Part shown: positions 50,472 through 58,132 of the stretch, one piece after another
How the letters are laid out: each line of letters opens with the position of its first letter
Position numbering within the stretch: position 1 is the stretch's first letter
Assembly: GCA_045593905.1 (NCBI GenBank)
Contig: JAZNXL010000015.1
Location: 4,572 to 68,571, forward strand
Direction: 5' to 3'
DNA length: 64,000 nt
Source: Eubacteriales bacterium
GTDB taxonomy: Bacteria; Bacillota; Clostridia; Oscillospirales; QAKW01
Position numbers and translations under genes: made by a program
The notes under the pieces: model-generated
What the model was told of the DNA's origin: nothing
The model's input: only the letters and a program-made list of their open reading frames with translations
The model's database searches: none

Positions 50472-50890
50472 CCTAACGTTTCCAAATCGTAATCAAATAA
50501 TAATTCGTTTATTTCTATTACAGATAGCTTTTTACAAATACCAAACAACACTATGCTGTCAAACGGGAGCTTAACATAAAGGGTAGGGTAGCCTGCGCAT
50601 TTTAAAAGTGTTTGCACCTCATCTAAAGAGAGTTCCATTCCAATTGCAAGGCATAATAGCTTATTTCGTTCAGGCACACGGATACCCGAAAAAATCTGAT
50701 AAGCATAAACCTCTGAAAGCTCGGCTTTTTTAATAACCTCAGACTTTTTTAAGCCCTTTTGCTCAAGTAATGATGCAAGCATCTGCGAAAGCGTGCTGGT
50801 TACCATATAATCTTTGTTTTCGTTGTAAAAAGTTTGAAAACTCGGGCATAACCCCAATTCTTCAACTATTTTAGAAGTGTCTTTTTTCAT
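50468..50890 (-). CDS. XRE-like HTH-domain protein (140 aa)
   Basis: HTH-like core KKSEVIKKAELSEVYAYQIFSGIRVPERNKLL. Start set at MKKDTSK (ATG 50890). Its stop overlaps the downstream start (ATGA). Confidence 0.6.
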   Translation of the reverse strand: MKKDTSKIVEELGLCPSFQTFYNENKDYMVTSTLSQMLASLLEQKGLKKSEVIKKAELSEVYAYQIFSGIRVPERNKLLCLAIGMELSLDEVQTLLKCAGYPTLYVKLPFDSIVLFGICKKLSVIEINELLFDYDLETLG

Positions 50891-50914
50891 AAACCCACAC
50901 ATCCTTAAACATCT

Positions 50915-50968
50915 TATGCTTTTAGCATAACATAATCGACAAATTTTTTCAACTATGCTGTCAGCATA
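50915..50968. promoter_or_regulatory. two 15-bp palindromic operator candidates, TATGCT-N3-AGCATA
   Basis: Palindromes at 50915-50929 and 50954-50968 have identical half-sites, with centres 39 bp apart. They bracket or overlap the promoter below. Confidence 0.6.
50924..50952 (-). promoter_or_regulatory. candidate promoter of the HTH-LRR-kinase operon
   Basis: On the minus strand: TTGAAA, 17 nt, TATGCT. The -10 hexamer is itself a half-site of the proximal palindrome. Confidence 0.45.
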
Positions 50969-51015
50969 GGACATTATTAAACTGCCGATTTATAATATTT
51001 AAAGGATGAGGGGTT

Positions 51016-51276
51016 TTATATACGTTCTACATCCTGTGCAGAAAGTATTTGGGAAATTGGAACTTCCAAGCTTTTTGAAAAGATTATTAAATCAATGTCG
51101 GTTACAAACCTTTCACCGTTTTCAACCCGACGAATAAAGTAATGGTCTACGTCAAATCCCAATAATTGCATTTTTTCTGCCAGCTTCCGCTGGGATAGCT
51201 TTTTGCTTTTGCGTATTTGCATTATACGCTTTCCGCAAAGGTTGTTGGTGCCGTCTGCGGCTTTAATCTTAAACAT
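51016..51276 (-). CDS. XRE-family HTH transcriptional regulator (86 aa)
   Basis: LSQRKLAEKMQLLGFDVDHYFIRRVENGER HTH_3-type motif. GAGGGA RBS 6 nt upstream of the ATG. Confidence 0.85.
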   Translation of the reverse strand: MFKIKAADGTNNLCGKRIMQIRKSKKLSQRKLAEKMQLLGFDVDHYFIRRVENGERFVTDIDLIIFSKSLEVPISQILSAQDVERI

Positions 51277-51291
51277 AACAAATCCCTCATT

Positions 51292-51366
51292 TTTGTTGAA
51301 TACTATTTACTTTTTTATTATTGTATGATAAAATACAATATATTTTGGTGAATAGTATTCAACAAA
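51292..51366. promoter_or_regulatory. perfect 16-bp inverted repeat pair flanking the divergent promoter region
   Basis: tttgttgaatactatt (51292-51307) and aatagtattcaacaaa (51351-51366), 43 nt apart. The interval contains a TGaTAAAAT extended -10 (51326-51334). Confidence 0.55.
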
Positions 51367-51431
51367 ATAAGGGGTTTTATTTATACCCAAAAAATATTTG
51401 CAGCCGAAAAATCGGCAGAAAGAGGTTTATT

Positions 51432-51935
51432 ATGGGATTTATGGAGAAATTGGGTGCAACACTCGCAACAAAATACGGTGAGGTTACCGAAGGCAGACAC
51501 GAGGGCTGTGTTGTTGCTTTGGGCAATCCGCCAGATAAAAAGGTTAGTGCTACCAACAAGTTTACTCAAATTATATTCCTTGAAGACAAAGAAACAAAGG
51601 GTAGATACGATATTGGTTCACAGGCTAAAGCATTACACTTTGTTGAAAGCGACCACGACAGCGTGACAGTAGTTATTGATTTTGCTGACGGCGATAGCTC
51701 TACAATAGTTCTTAGCACACCAAAAGAAGACAGTGGCGTTGTATCGCTTATTAAGGGTCAGCTCGGTTTAAAATCGGCAACCAAGGTGAATAAAGACGGT
51801 ACTACTCAAACTGATAACGATGTTAAGTATCATAATATAAAAACCTTCTTGTTAACATTTGTTCATAACTATGCAGGAGATGATGCTATAAAGGTTCGTG
51901 ATTATTTAGATAGCATCGGTTTGTTAAAAAAATAA
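51432..51935 (+). CDS. hypothetical protein (167 aa), no family recognised
   Basis: ATG 51432 lies 6 nt after the AGAAAGAGG RBS; the track ORF from 51321 has no RBS. Predicted soluble. Confidence 0.6.
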   Translation: MGFMEKLGATLATKYGEVTEGRHEGCVVALGNPPDKKVSATNKFTQIIFLEDKETKGRYDIGSQAKALHFVESDHDSVTVVIDFADGDSSTIVLSTPKEDSGVVSLIKGQLGLKSATKVNKDGTTQTDNDVKYHNIKTFLLTFVHNYAGDDAIKVRDYLDSIGLLKK

Positions 51936-51956
51936 TTAACGAAAGGACATAAAGCA

Positions 51957-52502
51957 ATGGAGCTTATTAACAACGAAGCAAAATGGTTTTTGTCAGAACA
52001 AGGCAAAAAAGCATTTGACAACTGTAAAAATCTCGAGGAACGTTCGGTATTTATTTATTCGTATTTAAAAAAGATTTCGGTAAACTCTTTAAATAAAGAT
52101 TCTTTTTTGTTCAGAATTGCGTTTTTGTTAGCAAACTCTGTTCACTCATCAAAGGCTGAATATGCTAACTATCCCGAACTTCTTGACGAAAGTAAAAACC
52201 CTTTTGTTGCTTATGTTAAAAATGCAAAAAAGGTTTATTCAATTCAAATTAATTACTGTATTCTTTTATCAATCTTACATAAAATAGCTAATCCTTTTAA
52301 TACAGATGACTGGGTATATAATCAAGCGTTTGTTGAATCAAAGGCGTATATTGACAAAGCAAAGGAACTTGAAAAATGTTTTATTGAAGATACCAAAGCT
52401 CGTGTGATTGACAATAGTGTTTATGATATTGATGAGGCTTTGCGTGATATTCAAATTGAAATCGCCTGGCTTTTTATTCTTCAAGATAAGGAGGATAAAT
52501 AA
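51957..52502 (+). CDS. hypothetical protein (181 aa), probably all-alpha, no family recognised
   Basis: AAAGGAC RBS. AT-rich coding sequence. The stop directly abuts the next start. Confidence 0.6.
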   Translation: MELINNEAKWFLSEQGKKAFDNCKNLEERSVFIYSYLKKISVNSLNKDSFLFRIAFLLANSVHSSKAEYANYPELLDESKNPFVAYVKNAKKVYSIQINYCILLSILHKIANPFNTDDWVYNQAFVESKAYIDKAKELEKCFIEDTKARVIDNSVYDIDEALRDIQIEIAWLFILQDKEDK

Positions 52503-53591
52503 ATGAACGATAACAAAGAGTTAATTGGTCAGTTAGAGCAACTTGACCAGCTTATCGACGAGAATGAAAATTTAAACTTTTATATTGAGCACGGTGCAGC
52601 AAGAGAAGCTCTTGAACAAATTGCAGTTATTCGCGAAAAACGCGGACAGGCTCCAAAAGCGCCCTCTGTTTACACCACAATGCCGGTTTATCCGTTAAAC
52701 GAAAGCGTGTATTTACCGCTCGAAAAATCATATAATCTTGCTAAAAAAATATTTTTTGGTGCTTTGGGCGTAACAGTTCTTATGGCTATTATATATATGA
52801 TTAGTAAAGCTGATTTTTTCAATACACTTTCCACAATTGGAATTATGGGCTCAATTGTTTCGGGTATCTATCACTCTAAAATAAAAGGTCAATATAAAGA
52901 CAAAAAGAAAACATATGACGAGTCTGTTAAAACCTTTGAAAGAACTATGGGTGCTTTTCGTAAAGGACTTGCAAACCTTGACCAAGAAAAGCAAACTGCT
53001 TTAGACGAACTAAATGCATATAAACAATTAAACGCTGTTTGTTATGAAGAATATACAGTTGCTTTTAACCAGTATTCTGACAACATTGATAACGCAAAAG
53101 CTATATATGCTGTTAATTCGGACCAAATTAACAGCAGTGAGGTTTTACCAGTTGATTACCATCATCTTGTTAAACCCATAATTTCAATTTTAAAAAGTGG
53201 TAGAGCGGACACATATAAAGAAGCTCTTAACTTAGCAATTGACGAGGAACGTCAAGAAAGAGAAGCTGCAGCTCGCCGTGAGGCAGAGGCTCGCCGCCAA
53301 GCCGAAGAAGAGCGCCGTACCGAAATTATGAGACGTCAGGCAGAAGAAGAACGCCGTCATAACGAGCAAATGGAGCGTCAACAGGCTGAACAGGCAAGAG
53401 AAGCTGCCCGTCAACAACAAGCAGCACAACGCCAACAGGCAGAGCAGGCAAGAGAGGCTGCGCGTCAACAAAGTCGTCAAGAAAGTATAGGCAGAAGTAA
53501 GTGTCATAGTTGTGCCAATTACAGCCATTGCCCATCTCATGTAAAAAAGAGTGGTGCAGGACTTACTTGCGGTGGCTATAGACCAAGATAA
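52503..53591 (+). CDS. hypothetical membrane protein with coiled-coil, E/R/Q-rich repeat and Cys/His-rich tail (362 aa)
   Basis: Two TM helices (about residues 82-125). Duplicated RQQAEQAREAARQQ. C-terminal CHSCANYSHCPSH...CGGY. Confidence 0.65.
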   Translation: MNDNKELIGQLEQLDQLIDENENLNFYIEHGAAREALEQIAVIREKRGQAPKAPSVYTTMPVYPLNESVYLPLEKSYNLAKKIFFGALGVTVLMAIIYMISKADFFNTLSTIGIMGSIVSGIYHSKIKGQYKDKKKTYDESVKTFERTMGAFRKGLANLDQEKQTALDELNAYKQLNAVCYEEYTVAFNQYSDNIDNAKAIYAVNSDQINSSEVLPVDYHHLVKPIISILKSGRADTYKEALNLAIDEERQEREAAARREAEARRQAEEERRTEIMRRQAEEERRHNEQMERQQAEQAREAARQQQAAQRQQAEQAREAARQQSRQESIGRSKCHSCANYSHCPSHVKKSGAGLTCGGYRPR

Positions 53592-53602
53592 CCGTATAAC
53601 AA

Positions 53603-53633
53603 AAAGAACGCAATTTTATTGCGTTCTTTTTTT
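53603..53633 (+). terminator. intrinsic terminator ending the orphan operon
   Basis: Stem gaacgcaat / attgcgttc followed by ttttttt. Confidence 0.8.
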
Positions 53634-53667
53634 GATTGTGCTATCATAAAATCAAGAGGTGATTAAA

Positions 53668-54390
53668 ATGATTAAATACCAAATAGAAGGCGGAAATTTA
53701 CCTGTTGTAATTTGTAATTTGCAACAAGGTCAAACGCTTGCTTGCGAAAGCGGTGCTATGAGTTGGATGTCGCCTAATATGAAAATGGATACCAATGCGG
53801 GCGGCGGTATAAAAAAAGCACTCGGCAGGCTTTTTAGCGGCGAGTCGATATTTTTAAACGAGTACACAGCCGAGGGCGGCGAGGGTATGATTGCGTTTGC
53901 ATCAAGCTTTCCCGGCAGCATTATTCCGTATCAGGTTACCGAGGGTAATGGCATTATTGTTCAAAAACGTGGCTTTTTAGCAATGGAAAAAGGCTTGGAA
54001 CTTTCGGTATATTTTCAAAAAAAATTAAGCAGAGGCTTTTTTGGCGGCGAAGGCTTTATTATGCAACAAATACAGGGTAACGGCCTTGTGTTTTTAGAAA
54101 TTGACGGTCACTGTAAAGAATATGACCTTGCAGCAGGTGAGAGCATTATTGTTGACACAGGTTACCTTGCCGCAATGACCGATAGTTGTACAATGGATGT
54201 TGAAATGGTAAAAGGTGCAAAAAACATATTCCTTGGCGGCGAGGGACTTTTTCACACCAAAATAACAGGCCCCGGTAAAGTATATATCCAGTCAATGCCA
54301 ATTATTAACATTGCCCAGCGCCTAACACCTTATCTTAACTTAAACTCTGACAACGACGGCGGCGGAATTAACATTAAATTCGGCGACTAA
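53668..54390 (+). CDS. AIM24/DUF124 (TIGR00266-like) family protein
   Basis: MIKYQIEGGNLPVV..., SGAMSWM, GEGFIMQQIQGNG and GPGKVYIQSMP match AIM24-family blocks. ATG 53668 follows an AGAGGTG RBS. Confidence 0.78.
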   Translation: MIKYQIEGGNLPVVICNLQQGQTLACESGAMSWMSPNMKMDTNAGGGIKKALGRLFSGESIFLNEYTAEGGEGMIAFASSFPGSIIPYQVTEGNGIIVQKRGFLAMEKGLELSVYFQKKLSRGFFGGEGFIMQQIQGNGLVFLEIDGHCKEYDLAAGESIIVDTGYLAAMTDSCTMDVEMVKGAKNIFLGGEGLFHTKITGPGKVYIQSMPIINIAQRLTPYLNLNSDNDGGGINIKFGD

Positions 54391-54395
54391 TATTA

Positions 54396-54428
54396 AAACC
54401 CCAAGACTTAAGTCTTGGGGTTTGTTTT
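54396..54428. terminator. bidirectional terminator
   Basis: Stem aaaccccaagact / agtcttggggttt. Confidence 0.8.
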
Positions 54429-56262
54429 ATAGCCACAATGCTGCGGCGCCGATCAGTCCTGCGTCGTTGCCGAGTGTTGCTGTAATAATTTTTGTGTTTG
54501 TTTTATCATTACCGCCAAACACCTCGCGGTCTAATATGTTTTGAAGCGGTAGCGTGAGCGCGTCGCCCTCGTTACAAATTCCTCCGCCCAAAATTATTAC
54601 TTCGGGTCTGAAAATGTTAGCAACATTGGTAATACCCAACCCTAACATTTTAATATATTTGTCTACTACCTCTTTCGCAGTTTTATCTATATTGTAATAC
54701 TCAAAGGCGGTTCTTCCCGAAACGGCATCAATCGAATACGTTTCAAACATTTTGCTTTTTGGGTTTTGTTGCATTGCGCGTTTGGTATCTCGAACAAGCG
54801 CACTTGCCGATGCATACGCTTCGAGGCAGCCTTGTCTTCCGCAGCTGCATTTTTCGCCGTCTTTAACAACAACCATATGCCCGATTTCAGCGCCTGCGCC
54901 TTGGTGACCTTCAAATAGCTTGCCGTCTAAAACAATTCCGCTTCCCACACCTGTTCCAAGCGTTAGCATAACGCTGTTTTGGTAGTCTTTCGCCGAACCG
55001 AATTTAGCTTCGCCGAGAGCTGCAACGTTGGCATCGTTTGCAATTTTTACATCAAGGTTAAGTGCCTGTGACACCTCGGTTGCTATTGAAAAATCACTCC
55101 AACCAAGATTGTTAGAATAAGTTACTTTACCTGTTTTGCTATCTATAGTACCCGGAACACCAATGCCTACACCTGTAATATCAAGGGTGGTAAGGTTGGT
55201 GGCATCAAGCATACTGTTGCAAAGCGCTACAATGTTATTTACAACCTGCTTGGCGCCATGCTTTCTTTGAGTGGGGACTTTGTTTTGATAAATAATATTA
55301 CCCGTATCGTCAACAATTCCGCCTTTAATATATGTACCGCCAAGGTCAATACCCAGGTAGTATTTGCGAATATCAACAACTATTGCGGTTAATCTGCCCG
55401 CAATTACATACTCACCATAGTCTGCAGGTACAAAAAAGCTGTCGCCTTGATTTATTACGTTGCCGTCAATTTTGCCTTCGCCCTCAAGGCAGGTTATTGA
55501 GTGAAAGCTTTTGTTGTTTGTTTTTTGATGTAAAACTCCGTCAACGGTAACTTTTTGCACGTTAAAATACTTGCTTACGCCAAGGGTACTACCCGATAAC
55601 TGATTTAAAACGTGTTTATTCAGGTTTGTAACACCAAGCGCCTTGTCAATGTGCAATTCACGTGATTTGCCGTTTTTATCAACGCGACCATAGTCGTATA
55701 CGCGGTATGTAGTGTTGCTGTTTTGCTGAATTTCGCATATCAAACAGCCCGCGCCGATTGCGTGAATAGTTCCTGCGGGGATAAAAAAGCAATCACCTTT
55801 TTTAACAGGATAAAAATTCAAAAGGTCGGTAAGAGTGTTATTTAATATTGCGCTTTTATATTCCTCGGGCGTTATATCTCGGTTAAACCCTAAATAAATT
55901 CCTGCACCCTCTTCAGCTTCAACAATATACCACATCTCTGTTTTTCCGTAAGAGTTTTCGTAGCTCAGCGCGTACTCGTCAGCGGGGTGCACCTGAATAG
56001 AAAGATTTTGTTTAGCATCAATCAGCTTTGTCATAACAGGAAAAAACGAAAAGTCGCAAACATTACTGCCTTTTTGCTTGTCGGTAATCGTTTCTTCTAA
56101 TGTTTGTCCGTTTGCAACGCGAGTCTTTCCGTCAGTGTGAAAAGATAACTCCCAGCTTTCAGCACAGGGGTTACAAGCACCGCTTTTGCCGTATTTTTCA
56201 TTAAGCTTGTTTCCGCCCCAAAGGTAATCTTTACAAACAGGGTATAATTTTTGTATTTCCAT
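54427..56262 (-). CDS. fusion: type I phosphomannose-isomerase-like cupin + ROK-family sugar kinase
   Basis: N-terminal YLWGG, SIQVHPAD, VYDYGR and ELHID (PMI class I). C-terminal ROK domain LGIDLGGTYIKGG, GAGAEIGHM, CSCGRQGCLEAYAS. Confidence 0.8.
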   Translation of the reverse strand: MEIQKLYPVCKDYLWGGNKLNEKYGKSGACNPCAESWELSFHTDGKTRVANGQTLEETITDKQKGSNVCDFSFFPVMTKLIDAKQNLSIQVHPADEYALSYENSYGKTEMWYIVEAEEGAGIYLGFNRDITPEEYKSAILNNTLTDLLNFYPVKKGDCFFIPAGTIHAIGAGCLICEIQQNSNTTYRVYDYGRVDKNGKSRELHIDKALGVTNLNKHVLNQLSGSTLGVSKYFNVQKVTVDGVLHQKTNNKSFHSITCLEGEGKIDGNVINQGDSFFVPADYGEYVIAGRLTAIVVDIRKYYLGIDLGGTYIKGGIVDDTGNIIYQNKVPTQRKHGAKQVVNNIVALCNSMLDATNLTTLDITGVGIGVPGTIDSKTGKVTYSNNLGWSDFSIATEVSQALNLDVKIANDANVAALGEAKFGSAKDYQNSVMLTLGTGVGSGIVLDGKLFEGHQGAGAEIGHMVVVKDGEKCSCGRQGCLEAYASASALVRDTKRAMQQNPKSKMFETYSIDAVSGRTAFEYYNIDKTAKEVVDKYIKMLGLGITNVANIFRPEVIILGGGICNEGDALTLPLQNILDREVFGGNDKTNTKIITATLGNDAGLIGAAALWL

Positions 56263-56275
56263 TAAAATTCCTATC

Positions 56276-57151
56276 TTAAACAGTTAATTTTGTAATGAAC
56301 GGTATAATTTCTTTGTTGATAAGTTGTTTTTGTTCTTGGGTAACATTTGAGAAGGGGGGTAAGCAACCGCCAAAATCAAGACCTAACTGGTTCATAATCT
56401 CTTTTTCAGCCTGCATAACACCAATTTCGCACAAAATTGAGATAATGCGGTTAGCTTCGTTTTGAACTTTTCTTGCCTCGTCTGCCTTGCCCTCTAAAAA
56501 TAGCTTTCTAATTAATACAAACTTGTCTGCCATAAAGTTATATGTGCTGCCAATACCGCCGTCAGCGCCCATACTAAGACCCGAAAGCAGCATTTCGTCG
56601 TAGCCGTTATATATTAATTTGTCAGGATAAAGTGCTTTGCATCTTTCCATTGTGAAAAAGTCGTTTGAGGTATACTTAATACCTGCAAACCTGTCGTCGT
56701 CAAGAAATGTTGATATTTCTTTAATTCCCATACCAACGCCCGAAAAAGCAGGAATGTGGTATACAAGCATTTTCATTTTTGATGACTCTGCTAAACGAAC
56801 ATAATAATCTCTTATCTCGCTAAAGCTGAACTTGTAATAAAACGGTGCAACCGATGAAATTAAATCGTAGTTTAATTCTGCAGCGTATTTTGCAAGCTCG
56901 TGTGCCTCTTTTTCGCTTATGCTGCCAACGTGGGCAATAAGCTTTTTATCGCCTGCACTGTCTTTTACAATTTTCATAATTTGCTTGCGCTCCGCAACAC
57001 TTAACATAAGTGCTTCGGCGGTGCTTCCGCAAACGTAAAAACCGTCAACACCCAAATTAATGTTGTGCTTAACTAAACGTATAAGCTCTTTTTCGTTGAT
57101 TTTACCGTTTTTATCAAACGGTGTAAGTAAAGCGGTGTAAATTCCTTGCAT
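56276..57151 (-). CDS. nanA: N-acetylneuraminate lyase
   Basis: Close colinear resemblance to E. coli NanA: ALLTPF, GSTAEA, GIKYTSNDF (Schiff-base Lys), YNGYDEM, GADGGIGSTYN. ATG 57151 lies 7 nt after GGAGGA. Confidence 0.9.
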   Translation of the reverse strand: MQGIYTALLTPFDKNGKINEKELIRLVKHNINLGVDGFYVCGSTAEALMLSVAERKQIMKIVKDSAGDKKLIAHVGSISEKEAHELAKYAAELNYDLISSVAPFYYKFSFSEIRDYYVRLAESSKMKMLVYHIPAFSGVGMGIKEISTFLDDDRFAGIKYTSNDFFTMERCKALYPDKLIYNGYDEMLLSGLSMGADGGIGSTYNFMADKFVLIRKLFLEGKADEARKVQNEANRIISILCEIGVMQAEKEIMNQLGLDFGGCLPPFSNVTQEQKQLINKEIIPFITKLTV

Positions 57152-57171
57152 TTTTGTTTCCTCCAAAATTT

Positions 57172-57957
57172 TTATATATTTTTATTCTTTGCTCGGTATT
57201 GGTTAGGGGATAGCCCCGTTCGCTTTTTAAAGATTTGGCAAAAATACGAAACGCTCGAAAACCCGCACTTTTCTGCTACCATATTAATTGGACTATCGGT
57301 TGTAACAAGCATTGTTTTTGCCGCTGCAATACGCGTTTGCAGCAAATATTCCATAAGTGTTAGTCCGAATGTGTTTTTAAACTTGCGGCAAAAATGGTAT
57401 TTGCTTATATGTGCCTTTTTACAAATATCATCAAGCGTTAACGGTAATTGGTAACTGTTGTTTATGTACTCTAAAACTTTAGTCAGGTTATCGCCAAGAT
57501 ATGTGTTTTTTTGTACAACATACTGTTTTAAATAAAGCATAAGTTCGAAAAAGCAGTTAATAAAAACGGCTTTGTTGCCTTTGTTTTCAAAAGCCTTTTT
57601 ATAAATGCTCTCAACGGTAGAGTGTAACTCGTTGGGTATTTTTGCATACACAACTGAGCTGTTTAAAAAAGTATCGGTAAACTCACTGTCGTCGCTCGTA
57701 AGCTCGAGTATGCCGTTTACAATTTTTTGGTTGGCAAAAATTTTACTTCTATCGTAAACATCGGGGTCTGACGGCATTGTATAATGGCGTTTAGAGCTGT
57801 TAATAAAGCACAAAACACCTTTTTTGATAGGATAAATATTGTCTTGAAATACAATTTTTCCGCCGTCAGAATAAAAGTAAATTATCATATTAAGCTTTGG
57901 ATAGTTCCAAATTTTATAAAGCGGGTCGCGCCCAATTTCGTGGTGAATAATATCCAT
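57172..57957 (-). CDS. AraC-family transcriptional regulator
   Basis: Cupin-like N-terminus. C-terminal HTH pair (LDDICKKAHISKYHFCRKFK; VAEKCGFSSVSYFCQIFKK). Confidence 0.85.
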   Translation of the reverse strand: MDIIHHEIGRDPLYKIWNYPKLNMIIYFYSDGGKIVFQDNIYPIKKGVLCFINSSKRHYTMPSDPDVYDRSKIFANQKIVNGILELTSDDSEFTDTFLNSSVVYAKIPNELHSTVESIYKKAFENKGNKAVFINCFFELMLYLKQYVVQKNTYLGDNLTKVLEYINNSYQLPLTLDDICKKAHISKYHFCRKFKNTFGLTLMEYLLQTRIAAAKTMLVTTDSPINMVAEKCGFSSVSYFCQIFKKRTGLSPNQYRAKNKNI

Positions 57958-57976
57958 ACTATTCTCCTTACGTTCT

Positions 57977-58011
57977 AATTAAAACATATTATAGTAAAAT
58001 TAAAACACATT
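57977..58011. promoter_or_regulatory. direct repeat AATTAAAACA(T/C)ATT x2 with 21-bp phasing (candidate AraC-type operator)
   Basis: Copies at 57977-57990 and 57998-58011, 13/14 identical. They lie in the divergent region between the AraC gene and the epimerase gene. A TGTTAAAAT extended -10 sits at 58077-58085. Confidence 0.45.
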
Positions 58012-58132
58012 TTATCAAAAATAGCAATCACAATAAATTAATAAGCAAAATTTTTATATTTGTATCACATTTTTTATGTTAAAATGAGTAAAAAGCAGTT
58101 AATAACATAAACGAACTTGCGGGAGATAGACT

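Noticed and set aside
48688-53633. Interpreting the island as a prophage remnant or IS-borne cassette.
   Set aside because: I saw no integrase, transposase, phage structural gene, flanking direct repeat or tRNA target. Horizontal origin remains only a compositional impression.
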